A DNA stretch of 64,000 bases from Candidatus Latescibacterota bacterium (GCA_965217585.1 OZ244561.1:4064001-4128000), one strand, 5' to 3'; positions 46,022-58,248 are shown, numbered from the stretch's first letter. Program-made: numbers and translations. Notes: generated by a model not told the origin, from the letters alone.

Positions 46022-47527
46022 ATGCTTGGGCAAACCACAATTTTTGCCGACTCTGGCCTCCCGCCTGCTCTCGTCGATAATTTGCGGCGTTTCAATCCGT
46101 GGTGGGAAGGCGAAGCGATGCCGCTGCAGCCGACGACGAGGCGGCATTTGGTGGCGCAGATGCGCCGGCGTTTGGATGCCAATATCGCGCCGATTGTCGT
46201 CGTTCGAGGTCCGCGCCAGATCGGCAAGACCACGGCGCAATTTCAAATCATTCAAGACTTGCTCGACGAGGGCGTGGATCCGAAACGGATTCTTCGCGTC
46301 CAGTTCGACGATCTTGGGACCTTGACCAAGTTGCCGGAACCGATCTTGCGCATTTCGGATTGGTTCGAGCGGCGCATTACCCCAAAGCGGTTCAATGCGT
46401 TAGCTCAAGCCGGCGCAACGGCCTACTTGTTTTTTGACGAAATTCAAAACCTCGATGGTTGGGATGTGCAACTCAAGTCGTTGGTTGATAACGCTTCCGT
46501 CAAAGTGGTCGTCACCGGCAGTTCGGCCCTGCGCATCGAATTGGGGCGGGACAGTCTCGCTGGCCGGATCAATACGATCGAAGCAGGCGTCCTTTCGCTC
46601 ACTGAGATTGGTGCGCTGCGCGGCTTTGAGACGCCGGAACCCTTTCTCGGAGATAATAGTCTGGCGAATCTGTTAGACAAGGAGTTTTGGCGTGGTTTGC
46701 GCGAATACGGGATTGAACATGGAGCATTTCGCGCAGAGGCATTCGTTCATTTTTCGGAGCGCGGCGGCTATCCCATCGTCCATCGCGAGAAAGAGGCAGA
46801 ATTTTCTCAACTGGCCGATCACCTCAACGAGACGGTCATCAAAAGGGTCATTCAGCACGATCTGAGAATCGGCGAGCGGGGACGCAAGCGAGATGAGAAT
46901 CTCTTGGAAGAATTGTTCCGGCTGGTTTGCCGCTATGCCGGTCAGACCCCGAGGACATCCACCTTAGCGGAAGAAGCGCGGATCTCGCTGGATGCGAACA
47001 TTGGCTCCCAGCGCGTTACCTCCTATCTGAAGTTCCTTGGGGATACGCTCTTATTGCGCCTTATTCCACCGCTGGAGATTCGTCTCAAGCGCAGGCGAGG
47101 CAGTCCGAAACTCTGCCTAGTGGACCATGGGCTCAGAGCTAGTTGGCTGCAAGAACACATTCCCCTTGTACCGGATCAACTAGCGCAGCGCCCTGAACTC
47201 ACGACGTTGGCTGGTCATTTGGCTGAGAGTATTTTTGGCTCGGTTGCGTCAACGATTCACGGCTTAGACATTGCTCATTTCCCCGAAAGAGGTACGGACC
47301 AGGAAGTTGACTTTGTATTGACGGTCGGCAGCGTGCGCATCCCGGTAGAGATCAAATATCAGAGACGCATAGATCCATTCCGCGATACGTTGGGTTTGCG
47401 CTCGTTTTTGGAAAAATCCGTAAATAATGCGCCGTTCGGAATTCTGGTGACGCAAGATAATTCCGGCACGGTGGACGATCCGCGAATCGTCAGTTTGCCA
47501 TTATCAACCTTCATGATGCTCCGCTGA
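46022..47527 (+). CDS. ATP-binding protein (AAA_14 + DUF4143-type, C-terminal PD-(D/E)XK-like)
   Basis: NPWW, GPRQIGKT, FFDEIQ, TGSS, GGYP, EVDFV..PVEIK. Confidence 0.85.
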   Translation: MLGQTTIFADSGLPPALVDNLRRFNPWWEGEAMPLQPTTRRHLVAQMRRRLDANIAPIVVVRGPRQIGKTTAQFQIIQDLLDEGVDPKRILRVQFDDLGTLTKLPEPILRISDWFERRITPKRFNALAQAGATAYLFFDEIQNLDGWDVQLKSLVDNASVKVVVTGSSALRIELGRDSLAGRINTIEAGVLSLTEIGALRGFETPEPFLGDNSLANLLDKEFWRGLREYGIEHGAFRAEAFVHFSERGGYPIVHREKEAEFSQLADHLNETVIKRVIQHDLRIGERGRKRDENLLEELFRLVCRYAGQTPRTSTLAEEARISLDANIGSQRVTSYLKFLGDTLLLRLIPPLEIRLKRRRGSPKLCLVDHGLRASWLQEHIPLVPDQLAQRPELTTLAGHLAESIFGSVASTIHGLDIAHFPERGTDQEVDFVLTVGSVRIPVEIKYQRRIDPFRDTLGLRSFLEKSVNNAPFGILVTQDNSGTVDDPRIVSLPLSTFMMLR

Positions 47528-47695
47528 ATGGCTTAGCTTCTCCTCTCGACCTTCATCGGTTAGTAATCGGCGACGGACCCGTCCCAGTGCCGATTGTCCG
47601 GCCATTTGAACGTCTATATTGGTCTGGATTTCCAGCCATTTTTTATTATGTTTCTTAAACATAATGTTTGAGAAGCATAATAGGGAAGCTATGCC

Positions 47696-49069
47696 ATGCG
47701 CCTCGAGTTTTTGGACAGAACGCGGGAAGTTGATCGACTGACCAAGGCCCTCGCTGCCCAAGATCCCGGTTTTATCGTGGTCTTCGGCCGGCGTCGATGC
47801 GGCAAGTCAACTCTTTTACAGCAGGTGATTCGCCCAGGCGATATCTACTACGCGGCCGACCAGCGCGCAGCCCCTCTGCAACGCCGCACTCTAGCCGGGG
47901 AAGTGGCTCGGCGCATTCTGGGCTTTGCCGCGGTCGAATACCCGTCTTGGCTGGCCCTGCTCCAGACTTTGGACGCCCGCGCCGAGATAGGCACTTGTTT
48001 GGTCTTGGACGAGTTTCCCTATCTAGTGCAGATCTCACCCGAATTGCCCAGCCTAGTGCAAAAATTCCTCGACGACCCCGCCCGCCGTATCCATCTGGCC
48101 ATCTGCGGTTCGTCCCAAGGGATGATGCAGGGCCTAATCCTCAACGCCGCCGCGCCCTTGTACGGCCGGGCGAGCCAAGTGCTGGCGATCCGTCCTCTGG
48201 CTCCCTTTTGGATACAGCAAGCCCTCGAGGTCCACGGTACTGAAGCCATTGAACAGTATGCGGTTTGGGGCGGCGTGCCGCGCTACTGGGAACTCGCTCG
48301 GGATTGCACCGGCCTGCAAGCCGCCATCGAGGAACTGGTGCTCGACAAATACGGCGTCCTCCACAGCGAACCCGAGCGCCTGTTGCTCGACGACATGCGC
48401 AGCTCCGTGCAGGCTAATTCCCTGCTGTCGCTTATCGCCAATGGCTGCCATCGACTCACCGAAATCGGTGCGCGGCTGGGCAAACCCGCAGGTCATTTGG
48501 CCCGCCCCCTCGCCCAGTTGATCGAACTGGGCTATATCCGGCGGGAAGTGCCCTTTGGCGAGACCACCAAATCGACTAGGCGCTCTCTATACAAACTGAA
48601 CGACCCGTTTCTGATCTTCTGGTACCGCTATGTCCAGCCCAACCGGTCGCTGTTGGAACGCGATTTAATCGACGATGTATCCCGCGCTATTAGGCCAACT
48701 TTTGCGCAGCACGTCGCCGATATATGGGAGGATCTAGCCCGATTGTCCACAGCCGCCCTGCCCGTTGGCAATATCCGGTGGAAACCAGCCCAGCGGTGGT
48801 GGGGGCGCGGCTTGGACGGGCAGCCAATGGAGATCGACTTGGTCGCTGAGTCCCTCGATGGCGAGGCCCTGTTGCTGGGCGAAGTCAAATGGCGGGAGCG
48901 GCCGAATCAGGGCGCTGTTTTCGACCGTTTGCGCTACTGCGCGGCAAACTTTCCCCAAGCCCGAGGAAGGGAGACGATCCTAGGGGCTTGGCTCAAGCGG
49001 GGGACCGCTAAAACCCAACCAAGAGAATTCGTCGTCCATCCAGCAGGAACGCTGGCGGTGCTGCGCTGA
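47696..49069 (+). CDS. Archaeal-type ATPase with wHTH and DUF234 (PD-(D/E)XK-like) domain
   Basis: FLDRTRE, GRRRCGKS, LDEFPYL, CGSS, GGVPRY, DPFLIFWYRY, EIDLVA..GEVKW. Confidence 0.88.
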   Translation: MRLEFLDRTREVDRLTKALAAQDPGFIVVFGRRRCGKSTLLQQVIRPGDIYYAADQRAAPLQRRTLAGEVARRILGFAAVEYPSWLALLQTLDARAEIGTCLVLDEFPYLVQISPELPSLVQKFLDDPARRIHLAICGSSQGMMQGLILNAAAPLYGRASQVLAIRPLAPFWIQQALEVHGTEAIEQYAVWGGVPRYWELARDCTGLQAAIEELVLDKYGVLHSEPERLLLDDMRSSVQANSLLSLIANGCHRLTEIGARLGKPAGHLARPLAQLIELGYIRREVPFGETTKSTRRSLYKLNDPFLIFWYRYVQPNRSLLERDLIDDVSRAIRPTFAQHVADIWEDLARLSTAALPVGNIRWKPAQRWWGRGLDGQPMEIDLVAESLDGEALLLGEVKWRERPNQGAVFDRLRYCAANFPQARGRETILGAWLKRGTAKTQPREFVVHPAGTLAVLR

Positions 49070-49202
49070 GTGAGTCGCGCGAACAGCTTCATCCGGGCGA
49101 GACAGGATTTTCGCAAGCATTGACGGCTTGATGGCCCCGTCTATCTTTCGAGTCGAGTCGTTTTCGCCGGATGGCCACATCCCGACAAAGAAGGACCGAA
49201 CC

Positions 49203-50681
<1,479 letters not shown>

Positions 50682-50712
50682 GGAGGTCGTGGGCGAGACC
50701 CAGGAGGTAGCA

Positions 50713-52119
50713 ATGGAAGACAGAATCGAAGAAGCGATCGTCGCCGAGATCGAGGCGCGGTCCGAGGCTTGGGAAAACCTGCTCGTGCTGGCCGACGACA
50801 TCGGCGTGCGCGTAGCCGGCAGCGAGGGGGAGGTCCGGGCCCGGGACTTCCTGCTGCAGACCTTGCAGCGCTATGGACTCGACCGCGTCCACTTGGAGCC
50901 TTTCGAGTACCGCGCTTGGCGGCCGCAGCGCGAAGAGTTGACCGTGGTGGTGCCGGAGGCCGGACGCTCGATTCTGTGTCGATGCGGAGGGTTGTCGCCT
51001 TCGACCCCGGAGCAGGGAGTGGAAGGAGAGGTCGTGTTCCTCGAACGCTGCGATGCCGAGGAGCTGGCGCAGCGGGCCGACGAGGTGCGCGGCCGCATCG
51101 CGGTGGCACCCTACTACCCCTTTGCCCGCCAGCTAAAGACGCCCTTGGCAGCGCGCTTCGGCGCGGTGGCACTTCTCGAGCACCGCAACTACGCCGGTGC
51201 TCTGCAGCCGGCCCGCACCTGCTGCTTCCAGCGGGTCGGCGACCTGCCGGTGGCCTCGATCAGTCTCGAAGACGCCGAGTACCTCAAGCGTCTGCAGCAG
51301 CGGCGCGGACCGGTGCGTCTGCGGTTGGTCCTCGACAGCCGCATCGAGCCCAAGGAGTCGTGGAACGTGGTCGGCGAGTTGATCGGGGCCGAGCATCCGC
51401 AGCAGATCCTGGTCTGCGGCGGCCACTACGACACTTGGCACGTGGGCCCTGGCGCTATTGACAACGCCGCGGGCGTGGTCGCCGTGGTCGAGGCGGCGCG
51501 AGCCCTCGCCGTGCACCGCGAGCACCTGCGGCGCACGGTGCGGTTCGTCGCCTTCGGGGTCGAGGAGTCGGGACTGGTCGGGTCCTGGGCGTACACGCAG
51601 CGCCACGCTGGCGAACTCGACGACACTTGGCTGATGATCAATAACGACGGCGGCGGCCGGCCCTCGGGGCTGGGAATCGCCGGGGCCGAGGATCTGCTGC
51701 CGGTCCTGGAGGCGGTGGCGAGTCGCGTGCGAGTGGATGGGCTCGAAAAGCCCTTCGGCGCGTCCTGCGGCACGACGAGTTGGGGTTCCGATCACTTCCC
51801 GTTCTTCGCCCACGGCGTGCCCACCGTGGGTCTGGGCACGGAGTCGGTATCGCCCGAGGATCGCTTCTATGGCCACAGCCGGGCCGACACCGCGGACAAG
51901 GTCTATCCCCGGGGCCTGAGCGAGTGCGCGGCGATCAACGCGCGGGTGCTGTTCGAGATGGCCAACCTCGACGAGCGTCCGGCGCGGCGGCGCACGCGGG
52001 AGGAGTTGGAGGCGTCCTTTGCCGGTGCGCCGCTGGCGGAGGCCCTCGAACTGCTCGACGTGTGGCCGCCGGAGCGGGCGCTGGCGAGGTATTTCGGTGG
52101 CCGGGAGGAGGAGGGATGA
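50713..52119 (+). CDS. M28-family peptidase with PA domain
   Basis: GGHYDTW, GAIDNAAG, FGVEESGLVGS, SDHFPF, HSRADTADK. Confidence 0.88.
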   Translation: MEDRIEEAIVAEIEARSEAWENLLVLADDIGVRVAGSEGEVRARDFLLQTLQRYGLDRVHLEPFEYRAWRPQREELTVVVPEAGRSILCRCGGLSPSTPEQGVEGEVVFLERCDAEELAQRADEVRGRIAVAPYYPFARQLKTPLAARFGAVALLEHRNYAGALQPARTCCFQRVGDLPVASISLEDAEYLKRLQQRRGPVRLRLVLDSRIEPKESWNVVGELIGAEHPQQILVCGGHYDTWHVGPGAIDNAAGVVAVVEAARALAVHREHLRRTVRFVAFGVEESGLVGSWAYTQRHAGELDDTWLMINNDGGGRPSGLGIAGAEDLLPVLEAVASRVRVDGLEKPFGASCGTTSWGSDHFPFFAHGVPTVGLGTESVSPEDRFYGHSRADTADKVYPRGLSECAAINARVLFEMANLDERPARRRTREELEASFAGAPLAEALELLDVWPPERALARYFGGREEEG

Positions 52120-52170
52120 GTTACTCGGAGACTCCTAGCTCCCTTCGGTGCGGGGTTTGCCGGCGGCTGC

Positions 52171-53247
52171 TCAGCCCAAGTCCAGATTGAAATCCGCGGG
52201 ATCGAGGCCACTGTCTTCGGCTAGCCCCCGCAGGCTGATCAAGACATCCTCGGGCATGACAATACCCTCGGCTAGGGCTTGCTCCCGCTTGTTCCACTCG
52301 ATCTCGCCCGGCAGGAAGATGGTCCCGCCTTTGGCTGTGGAAGCTCCCTTGATCTCTTTGCACATGACGTCCATGCGAGCGTGGAATTCCCCCAGCGGCA
52401 TCATCGCGCCGACGTCAATGGCGATAAAGGCATGACCTTGGTTTGAAGGCTCGTCCGTGTCGGCCACCCAACTCTGGACGCCGCTCATCATCGCCGCCCC
52501 GCTAAGGGTCGCCGTCAGCATCTCCACCAGCACGGCCAATCCGTACCCTTTGTGTCCGGCCATGGGCAACTGCGCCCCTTTTTCCGGGAACTCGGTGGGA
52601 TCGGTCGTTGGAATGCCGTCTTCGTCCACCAGCCAAGTGTCGGGAATGTCGCGCCCTTCGTTTTTGGCGGCGAATATTTTGGTGGCCGCAACCGCGCTGG
52701 TGGCAATGTCCAGCATGACGGTGCGGTCGGTGCCGGTCGGTGCGGCGTAGGCGATCGGGTTGGTCCCCAGAACCCTACTCTTGCCGCCGGGCACGGTCAT
52801 GCAGGGTTCCACATTGCACATGGAAAGGCCAATCATGTCGTTTTCGGCGATCATATTGGCGTAAAACCCAGCGGCGCCGTAATGGCTGCTACCCCGGATG
52901 CCGATGTAGCACATGCCGCTTTTGCGGGCTTTGGCAATGGCCAACTCAACGGCGCGGTAGGAGATGGCGGGCGGCATGCCGTCGCAGGCGTCAATAATGG
53001 CCCAGGACGGTCCCTCGGCGACGATTTTCTCTTGCGCGGTCGCGACCAGACGGCCGCGTCGCGCATTCTGCATCAAACCGCGGATCTGCCGGGTGCCGTG
53101 CGTAAAGGTGCCCCAAGTGTCGGTGGTGACGAAGACGTGGGCACTTAGTTCGGCGTCTTCTTGGCTGAGACCGGCTTTGACCATGGCGGCGGTGCAAAAG
53201 GCCTTCAGGTCATCCGGTTGGATGCTTTGGCGAGTAGATTCAGTCAA
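52171..53247 (-). CDS. Ldh_2-family oxidoreductase (malate/L-sulfolactate/ureidoglycolate dehydrogenase type)
   Basis: FTHG, SSHYGAAG, LGTNPIA, LDIATS, GHKGYGL, LPGEIE. Confidence 0.9.
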   Translation of the reverse strand: MTESTRQSIQPDDLKAFCTAAMVKAGLSQEDAELSAHVFVTTDTWGTFTHGTRQIRGLMQNARRGRLVATAQEKIVAEGPSWAIIDACDGMPPAISYRAVELAIAKARKSGMCYIGIRGSSHYGAAGFYANMIAENDMIGLSMCNVEPCMTVPGGKSRVLGTNPIAYAAPTGTDRTVMLDIATSAVAATKIFAAKNEGRDIPDTWLVDEDGIPTTDPTEFPEKGAQLPMAGHKGYGLAVLVEMLTATLSGAAMMSGVQSWVADTDEPSNQGHAFIAIDVGAMMPLGEFHARMDVMCKEIKGASTAKGGTIFLPGEIEWNKREQALAEGIVMPEDVLISLRGLAEDSGLDPADFNLDLG

Positions 53248-53443
53248 TGGATTGGCTCCTTTTTAGTTAGTGAGTGGTGTATGGATAAAGAAATTTTTCG
53301 CGGCCCGGTCAAGGATGGTGAAGCCGTCTATTGTCGCCGAGTCCCAACGGGACCGCTCCTTGACTAGCGTCCGAAAGGGCCTTTTAATGCCCTGCACATT
53401 AATCACTCACATCCTAAGTGATGAACGCTAGGAGACATAGCTT

Positions 53444-54229
53444 ATGAACGGAAGTACGGGACTTGAGCAGTACGTGACGATGGAAGAATACCTCAAGGGT
53501 CGGCGCTGCATTATCACCGGCTCCAGTGGGACGATTGGCAAAATCTTTGCGACCTTTATCGCCTCGCGCGGCGGGATCCCCATTCTGGTAGATGTTGTGC
53601 CGCAAGACGACACCGTGGAGGCTGTTGCGTCCTACGGTGGCGAATACAGCGCCCATCGCGTGGATCTCAGCGATGTTGCCCAGATCAAATCCTTTTACGC
53701 GGAAGTGGCCAAACAGTACGACGGCGTCGATCTGCTCATCAATAACGCCGGGCTCCTCAGCGAGGTAACGTTACTCGACATGACCGAGGACAATTGGGAC
53801 CGCGTCCTCAATGTAAATGCAAAAGGCGCGGCCTTTATGAGCCAAGGCGCGGTCGGCCTGATGCAGCATGGCAGCGACGACCGGCAAATCATCAACATCG
53901 TGTCGCTGGCGGCACTGGTGGGCGGGTTGTACGTGGGGGCACCCTATGTTTGCAGCAAGGCGGCTCTGCTCGGTCTCAGCCGCAATTATGCGGTGCAGGC
54001 AGGTAAGGAATTCGGGATCCGCGTCAATTCGATCAGCCCGGTCATTGTCAGTGGCCAGATGATTTCCAACACGCCGCGCGAAGCCATTGACGGGGTCAAA
54101 AACCTAATGAAGGTGTGGAAGCAGGAAGTCCCCCCTGTGCATCTGCTCTACGTTTTTGAAATGCTGTGTAGAACCCCATCGATGACGGGTAAAAACATCG
54201 TCCTCGATGGCGGCATTCTGCTGGAGTAG
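53444..54229 (+). CDS. Short-chain dehydrogenase/reductase
   Basis: TGSSGTIG, NNAG, YVCSK, IRVNSISP, TGKNIVLDGG. Confidence 0.88.
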   Translation: MNGSTGLEQYVTMEEYLKGRRCIITGSSGTIGKIFATFIASRGGIPILVDVVPQDDTVEAVASYGGEYSAHRVDLSDVAQIKSFYAEVAKQYDGVDLLINNAGLLSEVTLLDMTEDNWDRVLNVNAKGAAFMSQGAVGLMQHGSDDRQIINIVSLAALVGGLYVGAPYVCSKAALLGLSRNYAVQAGKEFGIRVNSISPVIVSGQMISNTPREAIDGVKNLMKVWKQEVPPVHLLYVFEMLCRTPSMTGKNIVLDGGILLE

Positions 54230-54338
54230 GCATCTCCCAACCGCGCCCCGACTCCGTCGTCGCGCCAATTTCGAGGCGGCCTAACTGCTTGTGGCGGCGC
54301 GGCAAATGGCGTTACATTGGGATTAGGTGGACTTACCC

Positions 54339-54986
54339 ATGCACAGTTCAAAACTCGGCGACAGCGATTTTGAGATGATTGCCCGCGGCCACCCGGTCGC
54401 GCTGGCGGAGTACTTTCGCGGCTTTACCAGTACCAAAAGGCTGGGGCTGCTAGCGCCCAATGGCCTTGAGGGCGTTGGGGCCGTCAGTTTGATCATGGCC
54501 CACGTAACTGCCTTTTACAATACCTACCGCGCCACGGGCGAGGATTTCTTCGCGTACCCCGATTACTTCACCTTCCAATCGCGCACACCCAAAGCGGCCT
54601 ACGGGATGTTCGACATCTGGCCGGAACACAAGGACGTGTTGGTCGGCACTGATGCCGCCGAGCGGCTCGACGCGATCACCGACCGCGGCGTCAACATCCT
54701 GCTCGTGCCCGACGGCCCTCCGGCCCCGCGCGAGTACCAGCGGCAGCAGGTAGCCGCGGCCGAGCGGCTCATCGAAACCTGCTATGCGTATTCGGCCACA
54801 GGTGCGGTCGCCGATCCCGACTTGGTCATCCGCGGTCCGGTAGATCCGCTCGCCACTTGGTGCCAAAGCGTCTTCAAGTCCGTGCCCGACGGCGGGAGCG
54901 GGGAGGGCTGGCATGACCAAGGTCCCGTCCTCGAACAATCCTTCCGCCGCATCAGCCGGCAAGACGCGCTCGCTCGCCTCGCTTAA
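54339..54986 (+). CDS. Conserved-looking hypothetical protein
   Basis: Clean ORF with native codon usage (VTAFYNTYR, YPDYFTFQ, FDIWPEHK), directly upstream of a PhyH gene. Confidence 0.65.
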   Translation: MHSSKLGDSDFEMIARGHPVALAEYFRGFTSTKRLGLLAPNGLEGVGAVSLIMAHVTAFYNTYRATGEDFFAYPDYFTFQSRTPKAAYGMFDIWPEHKDVLVGTDAAERLDAITDRGVNILLVPDGPPAPREYQRQQVAAAERLIETCYAYSATGAVADPDLVIRGPVDPLATWCQSVFKSVPDGGSGEGWHDQGPVLEQSFRRISRQDALARLA

Positions 54987-55003
54987 GACCAAAGGAGTTT
55001 GCC

Positions 55004-55792
55004 ATGACCGTTCTCCACGCCCCCGCGCTAAGTGCCGCCGAACTAGACCAGTTTCACCAGCAGGGCTACGTGCGCTTCGGCCACGTTGCTTCCCGCGAGG
55101 AAATCGATGCCCTCTGCCAGCGCATTGACCAGATCATGCTCGGCGAAGTGCGCTACGACGACATGCTCATGCAGCTATGCCCTTCGGCTGGCAACCCCGA
55201 TCTTTCGCGGCAGACCAAGGAGTTTAAGGGCTCCACGCTCAAGTACCGCAAAATTCAGGATCTGGAGCAGGATCCGCTGTTCTTGGGCTATTTGCAAAAG
55301 CCGCTCTTCCGCGATCTAACCGCCAAGATCGTCGGCGCGGAGGTCTCGATCTTTCGCGCGATGTTTTTCAACAAGCCCGCCGAGCAGGGTGTCATGATCA
55401 ACTGGCACCAGGACGGCGCTGGCGGCTGGCAACTGAGCATTCCCCCCCAAGTCACGGTGTGGACCGCGCTCGACGACACGTGCGTTGCCAACGGCTGCCT
55501 GCAAATCATCCCCAGCTCGCACCACACCATGATCCCCGAAACGGGCGATCAGCTCTCGGCGGACGAGCGCGCGCTGCACGCACCGGATGAGAAGCGGCTC
55601 TATTTGGAAATGGAAAAAGGCGAGGTGGTGCTTTTGCACAACTGGACCTTGCACCGCTCGGAGACGAATAGTACCAACCGCCCGCGCCGCGCGTTCAGTG
55701 TCTGCTACATTGACGCGGTTACCCGCCAAAAGACCTCGGGCCGCGCCTTTCCCCGCGTCTTCCCGACCTACCAGCCTATTAGTGGTAATTGA
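55004..55792 (+). CDS. Phytanoyl-CoA dioxygenase family protein
   Basis: FHQQGY, FFNKP, WHQD, VWTALDD..NGCL.IIPSSH, LHRSETN, RRAFS. Confidence 0.92.
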   Translation: MTVLHAPALSAAELDQFHQQGYVRFGHVASREEIDALCQRIDQIMLGEVRYDDMLMQLCPSAGNPDLSRQTKEFKGSTLKYRKIQDLEQDPLFLGYLQKPLFRDLTAKIVGAEVSIFRAMFFNKPAEQGVMINWHQDGAGGWQLSIPPQVTVWTALDDTCVANGCLQIIPSSHHTMIPETGDQLSADERALHAPDEKRLYLEMEKGEVVLLHNWTLHRSETNSTNRPRRAFSVCYIDAVTRQKTSGRAFPRVFPTYQPISGN

Positions 55793-57227
55793 TAAAGGCG
55801 ACCTTGTGCTCGGTGAAAAACTCGATCCCGGTGTCGCCCGATTCCGGGATTCCGTGCCCGGAAGCCTTGACCCCGCCGAATGAGAGCTGGGGCTCGCGGT
55901 AGGCCGTCATCATATTGACGTGCGTCAGCCCCACGTCGGTCTTGTCCAAAAACTGGAAAGCTCGCCCAATGTCGCGCGTGAAAATAGACGACGCCAGCCC
56001 AAACTCCACGCCATTGGCGATCGCTAGGGCCTCGGAGAAATCCTCTGCAACTATTAGACACAACACCGGGCCGAAGATCTCCTCCTGCGCGATGCGCATC
56101 TGCGGCTGAACATTGGTAAAAACCGTCGGCGCAATAAAACACCCTTTGTCTAGCCCGTTGGCGGTCAGGCGCTCGCCCCCATGCGCGATGCGGCCCCCTT
56201 CCGCTTTGCCGATCTCGATGTAACCCTCGATGGTTGCGAGTTGGTCCGTGCCGCACACCGGCCCCATATCCACCCCATCCTCCGTCCCATTGCCCACGCG
56301 AATTCGCTTGACGCGCTCTAGTACCTTGTCGGTGAAGGCCGCGGCGACCTCGCGCGCGACGATTGCCCGGCTCGTCGAAGTACACCACTGCCCGGCGCAG
56401 GCGTAGGCCGCCTTGACGACCGCATCCGCCGCCATGTCGAGGTCGGCGTCTGCCAAGATAACCGCGGGATTTTTGCCGCCCATTTCTAGCTGTGTGCGGA
56501 TTAGCCCTTGGGCGGCGCGCTGCTGAATGCCCCTGCCTACTTGGGTCGAGCCGGTGAAGGAAATCGACTGCACCAACGGATGCGTGATCATGGTTTCCCC
56601 GACTGTACTGCCCCCGCCGCAGACGAAGTTCAGCACGCCCGCGGGCAGCCCAGCCTCGGCAAAAATATCGACAAAAGCCCGCCCGGCTCCAGGCGTCAGA
56701 CTCGCCGGCTTGAAGACTATGGTGTTGCCGCTGATCAGCGCTGGCGTACACTTGCGCCCCGGCACGTTGAACGGAAAGTTCCACGGGCTGATGATCGACG
56801 CCACCCCGAGGGGCCGCCGCACGCTGTAGGCAAATACCCCAGCTTGCGCCGAGGGCGCGGTCTGGCCGCACATGGAGATCCCCTGGGCGATCTGGAACTC
56901 CATCTCGCGCACCGCCGACCCCACCTCGGTGCGCGCTTCGTCGAGTGTCTTGCCGTTTTCTGCGGTAAGGATCGCGGCGATTTCTTCGGCCCGACCCTTG
57001 AGCACTGCGACCGCCCGCGACAAGTACTCTGCCCGCTGGTACACGCCCATGTCGGCCCACGCTGGAAATGCCGCGTGCGCTGCTTCAATGGCATGCTCGG
57101 CATCGGCGCGGGTGCCTTGGGGCCACTCCCCGGTTACTTGTTCTAGGTCGGCTGGATTGCGCTGGGCAAAGGTCTGGCCGTCCGAGGCCCCAACCCATTG
57201 GCCGTCGATGTAGTTTTGAGATTTCAT
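55779..57227 (-). CDS. Aldehyde dehydrogenase (alpha-ketoglutaric semialdehyde DH-like)
   Basis: Start ATG at 57227. PWNFP, KPAS, SFTGS, LEMGGKNP, GQWCTS, QEEIFGPV, FGGVKASG. Confidence 0.92.
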   Translation of the reverse strand: MKSQNYIDGQWVGASDGQTFAQRNPADLEQVTGEWPQGTRADAEHAIEAAHAAFPAWADMGVYQRAEYLSRAVAVLKGRAEEIAAILTAENGKTLDEARTEVGSAVREMEFQIAQGISMCGQTAPSAQAGVFAYSVRRPLGVASIISPWNFPFNVPGRKCTPALISGNTIVFKPASLTPGAGRAFVDIFAEAGLPAGVLNFVCGGGSTVGETMITHPLVQSISFTGSTQVGRGIQQRAAQGLIRTQLEMGGKNPAVILADADLDMAADAVVKAAYACAGQWCTSTSRAIVAREVAAAFTDKVLERVKRIRVGNGTEDGVDMGPVCGTDQLATIEGYIEIGKAEGGRIAHGGERLTANGLDKGCFIAPTVFTNVQPQMRIAQEEIFGPVLCLIVAEDFSEALAIANGVEFGLASSIFTRDIGRAFQFLDKTDVGLTHVNMMTAYREPQLSFGGVKASGHGIPESGDTGIEFFTEHKVAFINYH

Positions 57228-57251
57228 AATTAGTGCTCCTATATAGTAATC

Positions 57252-57277
57252 CGCAGATGGACGCAGATGGACGCAGA
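57252..57277. repeat. Short tandem repeat (CGCAGATGGA) x about 2.6
   Basis: CCGCAGATGGACGCAGATGGACGCAGA just upstream of the ALDH gene. Confidence 0.6.
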
Positions 57278-57344
57278 ATAGTATTACAAGACGATCTGAA
57301 TCTCGAATCTTCCGAGTCATTCAGGATGGCTATATCTCCAGTGA

Positions 57345-58248
57345 GGTACATCTCGGCTAACTCGGCGATGCGGCGGATTTCAATGGCCCCGCCGCTGTGG
57401 GGAATGTCTGGCTCCAGCAGGTCACATGCCTGTTGTTCCATCAGCTCGCGGAACTTCTTGGCTCCGTAAAAAATCTCGCCGGTGCAGATCGGCGTCTCGG
57501 TCTGTTGGCAGATCTTGGCCAATGCGGCGACATTGCCCCATTCCCAGCAAATGGGATCCTCCAACCAAAGCAGGTCGAGGTGCTCCACGTCTTTGCAGAT
57601 GCGCAGGGCGTCGGCTAGGTTGAAGGAACCGTGCAAGTCGATAGATAAGTCGATGTAAGGGCCGATCGCTTGGCGCAGGCTTTCGATGGTGGAGACGATG
57701 TGATGGTGTTGCCGGCGGCTGATGGAGCGGTCGTAGGTGTCGAGCTTATAGGGGTTGGGCACATCGAGATCGAACTTGATCGCGGTGTATCCTTCGGCCA
57801 CTACCTCTTTGGCCATGGACACGTAGGCGCTGGTTTCGTACACCGGATCCAATTGCCCGCTGGCCCGAGTTTCCTGCCAGCGCCGCTCGTAGTCTTCCCG
57901 CGTCCAATGCGCGCCCGAGTGGCAGTCGCAGTACACGCGAATGCGGTCGCGCAGTTTGCCGCCTAGCAGCTCGTGCATGGGCGCGTTTAGCTGCTTGCCG
58001 CGGATGTCCCACAGGGCGATTTCCACGCCAGCGCCGCGGCCCTGCATCTGCCACAGGTGATCGTAGTGCAGCCGATTGATGTTGGTTGGATCTTGGCCGA
58101 TGAGCATCCGTTTGAGCAGCTCGATGGAGGCCTCAGCGGCCCACTCGTCGAGACCAACAATGCCTTCGTCGGTGAAGACTTTCAGCAAGGACCAGTGGCG
58201 ATGTTCCGCGCCGAGCGAGGGCGTAACCTTAATGTCGGTGATCTTCAT
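57345..58248 (-). pseudogene. Mandelate racemase/galactonate dehydratase-family enolase, 3'-truncated
   Basis: MKITDIK, EIALWDIRGK, LLGGKLRDRI, KFD, DLHG, WLEDP, TGE. Similarity stops at RIAELAEMY and the frame runs on into the ALDH gene. Confidence 0.75.

Noticed and set aside
57085-57344. C-terminal 85 aa of the 387-aa enolase-family ORF as a novel domain
   Set aside because: It is read-through into intergenic DNA and the ALDH gene after the truncation.
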